Source: Actinomycetes bacterium
GTDB lineage: Bacteria; Actinomycetota; Thermoleophilia; RBG-16-64-13
Length of the DNA stretch: 64,000 nucleotides
NCBI GenBank assembly: GCA_024637035.1
Contig: JAGXFW010000008.1
Coordinates: forward strand, 79,981 to 143,980
Direction: 5' to 3'
A program made the position numbers and the translations under genes. Below, piece after piece: positions 9,329 to 18,240 of this stretch. The notes beneath the pieces are model-generated. The model saw only the letters and a program-made list of their open reading frames with translations, did not search any database and had not been told where the DNA came from. The number at the start of each line of letters is the position of its first letter. The first letter of the stretch is position 1.

Positions 9329-9727
9329 CTAGGCGATAGAGGCGCTCACCACGAATTCCGGAGGCTGATGCATGTGGCGCTTCACCGTGCACAGCTCCAC
9401 CGCGTTCACCACGGCAGCCTTGTACTTCTCGGGGAAGTCCGGGGGCAGGTGCAGGTCGATGACGATGCGGCCGATCAGGCCCGCTTCAGGGTCGCGCTCG
9501 GTGCGCAACGTGATGCCGGCGCCCTCGGTGGAGATCTCGCGTTGCTGCATGAAGCCAAGCATGAAGATGCCGGCACAGGTGCCGATGCTCGCGATGAAGA
9601 GGTCGAACGGAGCCGGCGCGGTGTTGTCGCCCCCGCCCTGCTCTGGCTGATCCGTTTCGATCGTGAAGCCCTTGTAGTCCGCGAACACCCGTTTGTTGCC
9701 GGGGAAATAGACCTTCATCTCCATCAA
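9329..9727 (-). CDS. OsmC-family peroxiredoxin-like protein
   Basis: APAPFDLFIASIGTCAG and ELCTVKRHM, giving the two-Cys OsmC pattern. Confidence 0.8.
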   Translation of the reverse strand: MMEMKVYFPGNKRVFADYKGFTIETDQPEQGGGDNTAPAPFDLFIASIGTCAGIFMLGFMQQREISTEGAGITLRTERDPEAGLIGRIVIDLHLPPDFPEKYKAAVVNAVELCTVKRHMHQPPEFVVSASIA

Positions 9728-9978
9728 AGGGACCTGCCTTTCGATTCGTTCATCTCAACCGGCACCACGACGACCAGCTGGGACCGCCGCGTGCCGAACG
9801 TGTCTCGTAGCATATACCAAGGGGGGTATATTGGCCAGAGGATCGAAATGGTGCCGAGGGTCGGCGGAGGGAGCATAGCTTAGGAGAAGACAGAAGCCCC
9901 CGACACTCACTGTCGAGGGCCTCTGAGCGGCCGGTGTGATGTCCGGCGGGGGATTCCGGACGCGCAGGCAGAACCGGC

Positions 9979-10299
9979 CTAGAAGTCCATGGGATAGATG
10001 CTGTCGCTGCGGAGCGCCTGGATCAGTGCCCGGCAATCGTCCTCGAAGACCTCGTGATCCAGTCGGTCGACCTCTTCGAGGAGCCGCTGGAACCCTCCCT
10101 CGAGCGCGTAGGAGAGGTGGTTCACCTGATCCTGGTCGAGAACGATGTCGTATCGGACATAGCACTCCGGGCAGCGTACGGTCACCTGCCAGGACGCGTC
10201 GTCGATCCTCAGCCAATCCTGAGGTTGCGCGAGGTGGGAGGCGCACCTGGTGCACACCTCGGGCTCCACCTTTTTGTCTACCGGGTCCTTCACGATCAC
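9979..10299 (-). CDS. Hypothetical small protein with CxxC...CxxC zinc-ribbon-like pairs
   Basis: CTRC and CPEC pairs. Acidic C-terminal helix. Followed by a hairpin at about 9895-9925. Confidence 0.5.
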   Translation of the reverse strand: MIVKDPVDKKVEPEVCTRCASHLAQPQDWLRIDDASWQVTVRCPECYVRYDIVLDQDQVNHLSYALEGGFQRLLEEVDRLDHEVFEDDCRALIQALRSDSIYPMDF

Positions 10300-10435
10300 C
10301 GCCGTCGGGGTCGTTGGTCGTTGCGCTACTCAATCCTTATCGGCGGCTGGGTCGACAGGGTTTAGCGCCTGGCACGAGTTCGCGCGACCGGGTGCGTGTT
10401 CACACCGGCACGGTGGGGGGAAGAAGCTTTGTTCG

Positions 10436-13400
10436 ATGGAATGGCCGCCCGCTGACAGCCCGATCATGCCCCCGAACAAGCCCTTGAGCTCCGCCTCCGG
10501 CGCTCTCGCGACTCCGGCAGATCCGGCACCGGTCTCACCCGGGCCGGCCGCCGAGGTGGGCGCCGCGGTCACGGCGGCAGTCAGCGCTGCGCTGCGCGAT
10601 CGTGTCCGTGGCGAGGTGCGTTTCGACCGCGGCAGCCGCGCCCTCTACGCTACCGACTCCTCCAACTACAGGCAGGTGCCAATCGGCGTCGTGATCCCCC
10701 GTGACGCCGCCGACGTCGAGGCGGCCGTCGCGGTGTGCCGCGAGCAGGGGGTGCCCATCCTCGCTCGGGGAGGCGGCACCAGCCTGGCCGGTCAGGCCTG
10801 CAACGTCGCGGTGGTGCTGGACTTCTCGAAGTACATGAACGAGATCCTCGAACTCGACCCCGGGCGCCGCATCGCCCGCGTGCAACCAGGGGTGATCCTC
10901 GACGACCTGCGTGACGCGGCCGAGGAACACCACCTCACATTCGGCCCCGACCCCTCCACCCACGACCGCTGCACCATGGGAGGCATGATCGGGAACGACT
11001 CCTGCGGCGTGCACTCGGTCATGGCGGGCAAGACCGTGCACAACGTCGTGGAGCTCGACGTGCTCACCTACGAGGGACTCCGTTTCCGCGTGGGCGAGAC
11101 CGGCCCGGAAGAGCTCAAGGCGATCGCCGCCGTCGGTGGCCGCCGCGCCGAGATCTACGCCGGTCTCCTCGCTCTCCGCGACCGCTACGCCGACCTCATC
11201 CGGGAACGCTTCCCCGACATCCCACGACGGGTCTCCGGCTACGGACTCGACCAGTTACTTCCCGAGAACGGGTTCAACGTGGCGCGCGCCCTCGTGGGCA
11301 GCGAGAACAACTGTGTGATCGTGCTCGAAGCGACGGTGAGCCTCGTGCACAGTCCTCCCGCCCGTTCCACCGTGGTGCTGGGGTATCCCGACATCAGCCA
11401 GGCGAGCCGGCACGTCACCACGGTGCTCGAGCATGGGGTCATCGGACTGGAAGGCATCGACGACGTCATCGCCGACAACATCCGGGTGAAGTCGTTGGCA
11501 GAGAAGAAGCACCTGCTCTTGCCTCCCGGGCGCGGCTGGCTCTTCGCCGAGGTGGGCGGCGACACCCGCGAGGAGGCAGACGCCAAGGCTCGCGCCCTCG
11601 TCGAGGCCCTTGAACGCGAGCCCGACCCGCCCACCGTGCGAGCCTTCGAGGACCCCGCCGAGGCGAAGCTGGTGTGGGCGATCAGAGAGGCCGGCCTCGC
11701 CGCCGCCGCCCGCGGCGCCGGCGACGAGCCGGGCTGGCCTGGGTGGGAAGACGTGGGCATCGCCCCCGAGAAGCTCGGCGACTACTTGCGCGACTTCGTG
11801 GAACTCGAGAGCCGCTACGGATATAGCGGCGCCCTTTACGGGCACTTCGGTGACGGCTGCATCCACACCCGCATCAACTTCGACCTCACCACCACCGAGG
11901 GCATCGCGAAGATGCGCGCCTTCGTGGTGGAAGCCGCCGAACTGGCCGTGAGCTACGGCGGCTCGCTCTCGGGTGAGCACGGCGACGGTCAAGCGCGGGG
12001 CGAACTGCTGCCCATCATGTACGGCGACGACCTCATGGAGGCCTTCCGCGAGTTCAAGCGGCTCTGGGACCCGGCGGGCATGATGAACCCCGGCAAGTTG
12101 CTCGACGCCCGCCCGCTCGACGCGGACCTCCGCTTGGGCGCTGGCTACGAACCCGTGCACCCGGCCACGGAGTTCAGCTTCGCCGACGACGCCGGTAGGT
12201 TCGGCGACGCCCTGCTGCGTTGCGTAGGTGTGGGCAAGTGTAGGCGGAACAAGCACGGGGTGATGTGCCCGAGCTACATGGTCACTCTCGAAGAGACGCA
12301 CTCCACCCGCGGCCGAGCCCGGCTCCTCTGGGAGGCGCTCCAGGGCGACCTTCTCACCGGCGGTTGGCGGAACGAAGAGGTGCGCGAGGCTCTCGACCTC
12401 TGCCTGGCCTGCAAGGCCTGCAAGGGCGAGTGCCCGGTCAACGTGGACATGGCCACCTACAAGGCCGAGTTCCTCTCGCACTACTACCGGGGCCGCGTGC
12501 GGCCGCTCGCCGCGTACACCATGGGCTTGATCTATTGGTGGGCCCGATTGGCTTCGCTCGCCCCCGCGGTCGCCAATCGCCTGGCGCAGGGACGCACCAC
12601 CGGAGCCCTGGCGAAGCGCGTGATCGGGGTCGCGCCCGAGCGTCGCCTGCCCGAGTTCGCCCCCCGCACCTTCAGGAGCTGGTTCCGGCGGGAGCATCAG
12701 CCGTGGGACGGCGGCGGTGCCGAGGTGATCCTCTGGCCCGACACCTTCAACAACCATTTCCACCCCGCCACTGCCCAGGCGGCCGTCACCGTGTTGGAGG
12801 CCGCGGGGTTCCGTGTGACCGTGCCCCAGGAGCGCCTGTGCTGCGGCCGCCCGCTCTACGACTTCGGCATGCTCGGGCTCGCCAAGCGACTCCTCCTCAA
12901 GGTGCTCGACGCGCTCGGGCCGCGGCTCGAGGCGGGGGTGCCGGTGGTCGGCCTCGAGCCGAGTTGCCTCTCGGTGTTCCGCGACGAACTGATTGGTCTG
13001 TTCCCCGACGACCCGCGGGCCCGCCTTCTGGCGACGCAGAGTTTCACACTCGCCGAGTTCCTCGATGGCGCCGCAGCCGGGCTCGGCGCCGGCTACGCGA
13101 AGCCGGTGGGCGGTGACTTCCGTCTGCCGAGGCTCGAAGGAGATGCCCTCTTGCACGTGCACTGCCACCAGCGGGCCGTCCTCGGCTCCGAGGCCGACGG
13201 GCGGGTGCTCCGTGGACTGGGCCTCGATGTCGCCGAACTCGATTCAGGCTGCTGCGGCATGGCCGGCCCGTTCGGCTTCGACGAACGCCACTACGAGGTC
13301 TCGGTGCAGGCAGGCGAGCGCGTACTCCTGCCCGCGGTACGCGGTGCGCCCGCGGAGGCCATCGTGGTGGCCGACGGCTTCAGTTGCCGAGAGCAGGTGG

Positions 13401-13480
13401 CGCAACTGGGAGAACGGCAGGCGCTGCACTTGGCCGAGGTGCTCGCCCTCGCTCTGCACGGTGACGTCTCAGCGGAGTAG
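10436..13480 (+). CDS. FAD-linked oxidase fused to a Fe-S/CCG-domain oxidoreductase (YdiJ / GlcD-GlcF-like)
   Basis: FAD-binding PCMH-type N-terminus (ARGGGTSLAGQ). CxxCxxCxxxCP cluster (CLACKACKGECP). C-terminal CCG motifs (CCGRP, CCGMAG). ATG 10436 chosen within track ORF 10250..13480. Confidence 0.85.
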   Translation: MEWPPADSPIMPPNKPLSSASGALATPADPAPVSPGPAAEVGAAVTAAVSAALRDRVRGEVRFDRGSRALYATDSSNYRQVPIGVVIPRDAADVEAAVAVCREQGVPILARGGGTSLAGQACNVAVVLDFSKYMNEILELDPGRRIARVQPGVILDDLRDAAEEHHLTFGPDPSTHDRCTMGGMIGNDSCGVHSVMAGKTVHNVVELDVLTYEGLRFRVGETGPEELKAIAAVGGRRAEIYAGLLALRDRYADLIRERFPDIPRRVSGYGLDQLLPENGFNVARALVGSENNCVIVLEATVSLVHSPPARSTVVLGYPDISQASRHVTTVLEHGVIGLEGIDDVIADNIRVKSLAEKKHLLLPPGRGWLFAEVGGDTREEADAKARALVEALEREPDPPTVRAFEDPAEAKLVWAIREAGLAAAARGAGDEPGWPGWEDVGIAPEKLGDYLRDFVELESRYGYSGALYGHFGDGCIHTRINFDLTTTEGIAKMRAFVVEAAELAVSYGGSLSGEHGDGQARGELLPIMYGDDLMEAFREFKRLWDPAGMMNPGKLLDARPLDADLRLGAGYEPVHPATEFSFADDAGRFGDALLRCVGVGKCRRNKHGVMCPSYMVTLEETHSTRGRARLLWEALQGDLLTGGWRNEEVREALDLCLACKACKGECPVNVDMATYKAEFLSHYYRGRVRPLAAYTMGLIYWWARLASLAPAVANRLAQGRTTGALAKRVIGVAPERRLPEFAPRTFRSWFRREHQPWDGGGAEVILWPDTFNNHFHPATAQAAVTVLEAAGFRVTVPQERLCCGRPLYDFGMLGLAKRLLLKVLDALGPRLEAGVPVVGLEPSCLSVFRDELIGLFPDDPRARLLATQSFTLAEFLDGAAAGLGAGYAKPVGGDFRLPRLEGDALLHVHCHQRAVLGSEADGRVLRGLGLDVAELDSGCCGMAGPFGFDERHYEVSVQAGERVLLPAVRGAPAEAIVVADGFSCREQVAQLGERQALHLAEVLALALHGDVSAE

Positions 13481-13602
13481 AGGGCGTGATCGGCGAAGGC
13501 CCGTCCCAACGGCGACGGTTCAGGTTGTCTGCGACGCTGCGTGCGTCCCGCGCCGACCGCGGCGTGATCGGTCCGGCGGCGGGGTCGCCACGCCGGGGGG
13601 CG

Positions 13603-14748
13603 TCAGTTCGTCCCGAAGCTCTCGGCGGGGGTGTCGGGAACGAAATCCCTGACGGCTCCGTGGTAGTCGTCGAACCAGAAGGCTCGGGGGTTGCTCTCGA
13701 AGGCCATGAAGCGCAGCTTCTTGGCGGGCTCGGCGGAGCGATGGTAGCGGAAGAAGGTCTGGGTGCGCGTTCGACCCACCACCTCGATCTTGCCGGAAGT
13801 GTGTGACATCACCAGGCGTGCCCGCATGGCCAGCCCGGAGCAGCGGGCGCGGGCGCTTTCGAAGATGTCGAACGCTTCCTCCACCGGCACCGCGAAGTGA
13901 TGGTTACCCTTGGTGGGGCGCCCGATGAACACGTAGTAGGGGGGGACCCCCGCGTACGACAGACGGTTGAACAACTCGCCGAGCACCGCAGGGTCGTCGT
14001 TTACCCCTCGCAAGAGGGGTGTCTGGTTGTTGGTCATCGCGCCGGCCTGTTGCAGGAGCCCGATTGCTTCGAGGGCTTCGGGCGTCAGTTCGCGCGGGTG
14101 GTTGAAGTGGGTCATCACGTAGATCTTGCGGTCGTCGCGGGTGTGGCGTTGCAGCATTTCGAGCAGCCCCGGGTCGTCGATGACACGGAACGGGTTGAAG
14201 GCGGGCATCTTCGTGCCCAAACGGATGATCTGCACGTGATCGATGGAGCGCAGTTCGCCGATGATGCGGTCGAGTCTCTTCGTCGAAAGAAGGAGAGCGT
14301 CGCCGCCGGTGAGCAGCACGTTGTTGATCTTGGGATGGGCCTTGATGTATTCGATGCCGGGCCCGACGTCGCGCACGACCTCGGTGTTCTCAGGCATGAA
14401 GAGGCGTTTGCGGAAACAGAACCGGCAGTAGCCCCCGCAGCGGTCGTTCACCAACAGGAGCCCGGTGTACTCGTACTTGTGCTCGAGTCCGGGTGCCTTT
14501 GTGAAGGCGTGCTCATTCGAGGCGTCCAGGTGGCCCCAGTCCCCAAGTTCTTCGGTACTGGGGATGATGATCCGGCGCAATGGGTCCGCCGGGTCGCTCC
14601 AGTCGATCAGCCCTAGGTAGTAGCTGTTCGCGCGAAAGGCGTAGCGTTCGGTAACCTCGGACAAGACTGCCCGTTCGTGCTCCGACAGGCCCTCTATCTG
14701 TTCCAGCCGGGTGACGTAGCGCGCCTTGTCGAAGACGAGTCTGTGCAC
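13603..14748 (-). CDS. KamA-family radical SAM aminomutase (lysine 2,3-aminomutase-like)
   Basis: CGGYCRFCFRKR radical-SAM cluster motif. KamA-like N- and C-terminal regions. GTG start preceded by AAGGAGG. Confidence 0.85.
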   Translation of the reverse strand: MHRLVFDKARYVTRLEQIEGLSEHERAVLSEVTERYAFRANSYYLGLIDWSDPADPLRRIIIPSTEELGDWGHLDASNEHAFTKAPGLEHKYEYTGLLLVNDRCGGYCRFCFRKRLFMPENTEVVRDVGPGIEYIKAHPKINNVLLTGGDALLLSTKRLDRIIGELRSIDHVQIIRLGTKMPAFNPFRVIDDPGLLEMLQRHTRDDRKIYVMTHFNHPRELTPEALEAIGLLQQAGAMTNNQTPLLRGVNDDPAVLGELFNRLSYAGVPPYYVFIGRPTKGNHHFAVPVEEAFDIFESARARCSGLAMRARLVMSHTSGKIEVVGRTRTQTFFRYHRSAEPAKKLRFMAFESNPRAFWFDDYHGAVRDFVPDTPAESFGTN

Positions 14749-14969
14749 GCGACCTCCTTTGTGCTCATCGTCGGCCGACTATGGCGTCGGTCGGTCGAAC
14801 GCTGGCGAAGGGGGTGAATGCCCATCATACCCCATCAATGCTCCCTCCACTCCAGACTGTGTGACATTGGTTACTATATTGTCCACATCGGCGCCTCCGG
14901 AGTCCGGGAGGTGGGAGGTCCGTATCCAACTACCGTCGTATTCTGGGGTATGGAGACACTCATGAGAAG

Positions 14970-15095
14970 GCCATCGTGGCGGCCGACGGTTTCAGTTGCC
15001 GAGAGCAGGTGGCCCAGCTCGGCGACCGTCAGGCCCTGCACTTGGCCGAAGTGCTCGCCCTTGCCCTGCATGGTGATGTCTCGGCCGATCGTTAG
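14970..15095 (+). pseudogene. Orphan 3'-terminal fragment of a paralogue of the FAD/Fe-S oxidase gene
   Basis: 41 in-frame codons plus TAG align codon for codon with 13358..13480. 37 of 40 aa are identical. There are 17 nt differences, 14 of them synonymous. No upstream coding body. Confidence 0.8.
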
Positions 15096-15122
15096 CGCCT
15101 GCGTGGTATCATCCGATACGTA

Positions 15123-17204
15123 GTGACGTCCGAGGCAGCCAGTCCTGAGACCGCCCCCGGAGGCACCGGAACGGCGCCCCCGGCCGACCCCTCTCCTACC
15201 GGCCCCTCATCCTCCCCCGGCATCTTCCGTCGCCTTGCCCGCCAGTTCTGGGGGTCGGACCCCGCGGTGATGCTCACCATGGCGGCGATCGTGGGAGTGA
15301 CCGCCGGCGGCGGCGCGGTGCTCTTCATCTGGATCATCGAAGCCTTCCACGACCTGTTCTTCGAGAACGGACGCACCGTACTCGGGTTCCTTGGCAGCGG
15401 GTACGTGATCGCTCTGCCGGTCATCGGGGGACTCATCGTCGGACCGCTCGTGCACTTCCTTGCTCCCGAAGCCAAGGGGCACGGTGTTCCCGAGGTGATG
15501 ACCGCTATGGCGGTGCGCGGGGGACGCATCCGGCCGATGGTCATCGTGGTGAAGGCGATCGGGTCGGCCATCACGATCGGGTCGGGGGGCTCGGTGGGTC
15601 GCGAGGGACCCATCGTCCAGATCGGCGCCGCCATCGGCTCGGTCGTGGGGCAGCGCTTCAAGCTCAACCACACCCGCATCCTGGCGCTCGTAGGATCGGG
15701 TGCAGCGGCCGGCGTCGCCGCCACCTTCAACGCCCCCATCGCGGGAGTCATGTTCGCGCTCGAGGTCCTGCTGGGCGAGTACACGGTCGCCTCGGTGAGC
15801 ACCATGGTGTTCTCCGCGGTCTCGGCCAGCGTGATCAGCCGTCTGTTCCTGGGCGACCACCCCTCGTTCGCGGTGCCCGCCTACTCGTTGGTGAGCTCTT
15901 GGGAGCTGCTGATGTACCTCGGGCTCGGCGTGGTGTCGGCCTTGGCGGCAGGCCTGTTCGTGCGTTCGCTCTACTACTCGGAAGACTTTTTCGAGCGCCT
16001 GCGATTCCCGCCATACCTCAAGCCCGTGTTGGGCGGTCTGCTGCTCGGGCTGCTTGGCTACTTCCTGCCCCAAGTGTTCGGCACGGGCTTCGGAGTGATC
16101 GAGGAGACCTTGAACGGCACTGTGGTCCTCTGGTTGCTCGTGGTGCTGGTGTTCGCCAAGATCCTGGCGACCTCCCTCACGCTTGGCTCGGGGTTCTCGG
16201 GAGGCGTGTTCGCTCCGGCGCTCTTCGTGGGGGCGGCGGTGGGCGGCGCCTATGGCAAGGTCATGCACTCGGTGTTCCCGGCGGTCACCGCTTCCAGCGG
16301 TGCGTACGCCACTGTGGGGATGGCGGCTGTGTTCGCGGCCGCGGCGCGGGCTCCCATCACCGCGATCATCATCCTCTTTGAACTCACGCTCGACTACAAC
16401 ATCATGCTGCCGCTGATGCTGGCGACCGTACTCGCCACCGTCGTCGCCGCCCGCCTCGAGCCGGAGAGCATCTACACGCTCAAACTCGTGCGGCGCGGCA
16501 TCGACTTCCGAGGGCGGGCCGGACTCGGGGTCACCGCGGGCGTGTTGGTGGGCGACGCTATGACCCCCATCGCCGACATGGGTTCCGCGCAGCCGGAGAT
16601 GTCGCTCGGCGAGCTGGAGGACCTTTTCCACGAGTCGGGCCACCACGGGGTGCCCGTGATCGCCGAGGGGGGTCGCCTCGCAGGCGTGGTCACGCTGCGC
16701 GACCTGGGACGCGGTCTGTCCACGGCCACCGCTGAATCCACCGTCGCCGACATCATGACCGTCGACTTGGAACTGGCCTACCCCGACGAGTCGTTGGAGA
16801 ATGTCCTGCGCCGCTCAGGTGGGTTCGACGTGGGTCGCATCCCGGTGGTCGACCGCGACGTACCCGGTCTCATCGTAGGCGTTCTGCGCCGCGGGGACAT
16901 CCTGCGTGCCTACAGCGGAGCCCTCGCCGAACGGGAGGGCTGGTTCCACCGCCTCGACCGCCGCCGCGTTGAGCACGCCACCGGTACGGCAGTGGTGGAG
17001 TTCGATTTGACCGAGGACGACTCGGCGGTCGGCATGGCGCTGGGCGACCTGGAGATGCCGCCCGAATGCCTGATCATCTCCATCCACCGGAAAGGGCGCA
17101 GCATCATCCCGGGTGGTCGCACCCGGTTCCGCGCCGGCGACCGAGTGGTCGCCCTCGCGCCACACGACGGGGGCCGGCGGCTTCGCCGCTGCCTTCAGGG
17201 GTGA
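15123..17204 (+). CDS. ClC-family chloride channel/antiporter with C-terminal CBS pair and TrkA-C-like domain
   Basis: GSGGSVGREGP and GVMFALE selectivity motifs. About 10 hydrophobic helices. C-terminal CBS-like repeats. Confidence 0.9.
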   Translation: MTSEAASPETAPGGTGTAPPADPSPTGPSSSPGIFRRLARQFWGSDPAVMLTMAAIVGVTAGGGAVLFIWIIEAFHDLFFENGRTVLGFLGSGYVIALPVIGGLIVGPLVHFLAPEAKGHGVPEVMTAMAVRGGRIRPMVIVVKAIGSAITIGSGGSVGREGPIVQIGAAIGSVVGQRFKLNHTRILALVGSGAAAGVAATFNAPIAGVMFALEVLLGEYTVASVSTMVFSAVSASVISRLFLGDHPSFAVPAYSLVSSWELLMYLGLGVVSALAAGLFVRSLYYSEDFFERLRFPPYLKPVLGGLLLGLLGYFLPQVFGTGFGVIEETLNGTVVLWLLVVLVFAKILATSLTLGSGFSGGVFAPALFVGAAVGGAYGKVMHSVFPAVTASSGAYATVGMAAVFAAAARAPITAIIILFELTLDYNIMLPLMLATVLATVVAARLEPESIYTLKLVRRGIDFRGRAGLGVTAGVLVGDAMTPIADMGSAQPEMSLGELEDLFHESGHHGVPVIAEGGRLAGVVTLRDLGRGLSTATAESTVADIMTVDLELAYPDESLENVLRRSGGFDVGRIPVVDRDVPGLIVGVLRRGDILRAYSGALAEREGWFHRLDRRRVEHATGTAVVEFDLTEDDSAVGMALGDLEMPPECLIISIHRKGRSIIPGGRTRFRAGDRVVALAPHDGGRRLRRCLQG

Positions 17205-17210
17205 GGGTCA

Positions 17211-17231
17211 CCGGGGTCTGAGCGACCCCGG
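17211..17231 (+). terminator. Hairpin immediately after the ClC gene
   Basis: CCGGGGTC, loop TGAGC, GACCCCGG. No T-tract. Confidence 0.3.
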
Positions 17232-17427
17232 GCATTGAGCCCCTCCTGCTGATCCCCGCCTCGACGCTCGCGCGCTGCCGAGTTTTCCACAGGGTCCGTC
17301 CCAGGGATGCCCGAGAAGTCGTCCGACTCCACCCACCGTCGTATTCAGCATCGCACCAGCCTCGCCTATGGTGATCGTCCGGAACCGTCCATGCAGGAGA
17401 GAAGGACTACGTGCCAAGGAGGGTGAC

Positions 17428-17664
17428 ATGAACAGCGTGACGTTGGTTGGTCGGCTCGCTACTGACATCGATATCAAGGAGGTCACGGGAGGGTCGAAGG
17501 TCTCGAGCTTCATCCTCGCCGTGGACCGGAACGCCGAGGAGGCGGACTTCTGCCTTCTGCATACCGAGGCCCTCGGGTCACAAGGTGTACTTCCCCTCGT
17601 GCCCGAGAAGCAGTATCGTCCGCATCGGAATCCTCATGGTCTCAGAGGACGGGGAGGGGAATAG
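17428..17664 (+). pseudogene. ssb: Single-stranded DNA-binding protein remnant (intact N-terminal ~41 aa, then degenerate)
   Basis: MNSVTLVGRLATDIDIKEVTGGSKVSSFILAVDRNAEEADF is a typical SSB OB-fold start. The remainder of the ORF does not read as SSB. Confidence 0.55.
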
Positions 17665-17666
17665 GA

Positions 17667-18200
17667 TTGGACTGGCCCAGTGAGCTCGACATCGCGCGAA
17701 GTGAAAACAGTTGGGCGATTCTGGCCTCTTCTTTCATGACCGCCGCCGTCGTTCTGTGGGAGGAGCGCACTCAAAGCCTTGACTACTTGGAAGCAAACAT
17801 TGGCCACACCGCCGACCCTTCCCGCCTCCGGGGGGTTGCCCTTGATCCTGCTCTACGCTTCTGCTTGGCGTTTGCGGTGGAGCTCGCCCTGAAGGCAGCG
17901 TTGGCCAGTCAAGCATCCGCCGGTGAGATTCAATCGGGGAGAAGGCTACCATTCGGAGGTCACGATCTTGCCGACCTGGCTAGGAGGCTGAGCGGCGCAG
18001 AGTTTAGCGCAGAGGACATGAGCTGGTTCACTCAGGCGACTGCAGTGGTCAAGGACGGAAAGTATCCTGTGCCCCTACATCCGAGGCAGGAGGTTCGGGG
18101 GCTCGCCCCACAGCCCGGCTTGGAGGAGTTTGCTGAGCGGGCGCCGACGCTCTTCTCGTGCCTGATGCGCTTGGCTTCGGGGGCGGCACCGACATCTTGA
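17667..18200 (+). CDS. Hypothetical protein with a HEPN-like Rx5-6H motif
   Basis: TTG start after GGGGAGGGGA. All-helical composition. GRRLPFGGHDLADL motif. Confidence 0.45.
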   Translation: MDWPSELDIARSENSWAILASSFMTAAVVLWEERTQSLDYLEANIGHTADPSRLRGVALDPALRFCLAFAVELALKAALASQASAGEIQSGRRLPFGGHDLADLARRLSGAEFSAEDMSWFTQATAVVKDGKYPVPLHPRQEVRGLAPQPGLEEFAERAPTLFSCLMRLASGAAPTS

Positions 18201-18240
18201 GCAACGCTCCGCTGCCCGAAGCATGGCTGCGACCTGCCAC

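Noticed and set aside
14749-15122. A long intergenic region upstream of the ClC gene as a possible riboswitch (for example fluoride) or sRNA.
   Set aside because: I found no match to the crcB-motif core as I recall it. A third of the region is explained by the oxidase gene fragment.
17208-17427. A tRNA gene as integration target next to the mobile region.
   Set aside because: No tRNA-like T-arm (GGTTCGAATCC-type) or cloverleaf is seen here or elsewhere in the window. Serine integrases do not require tRNA targets.
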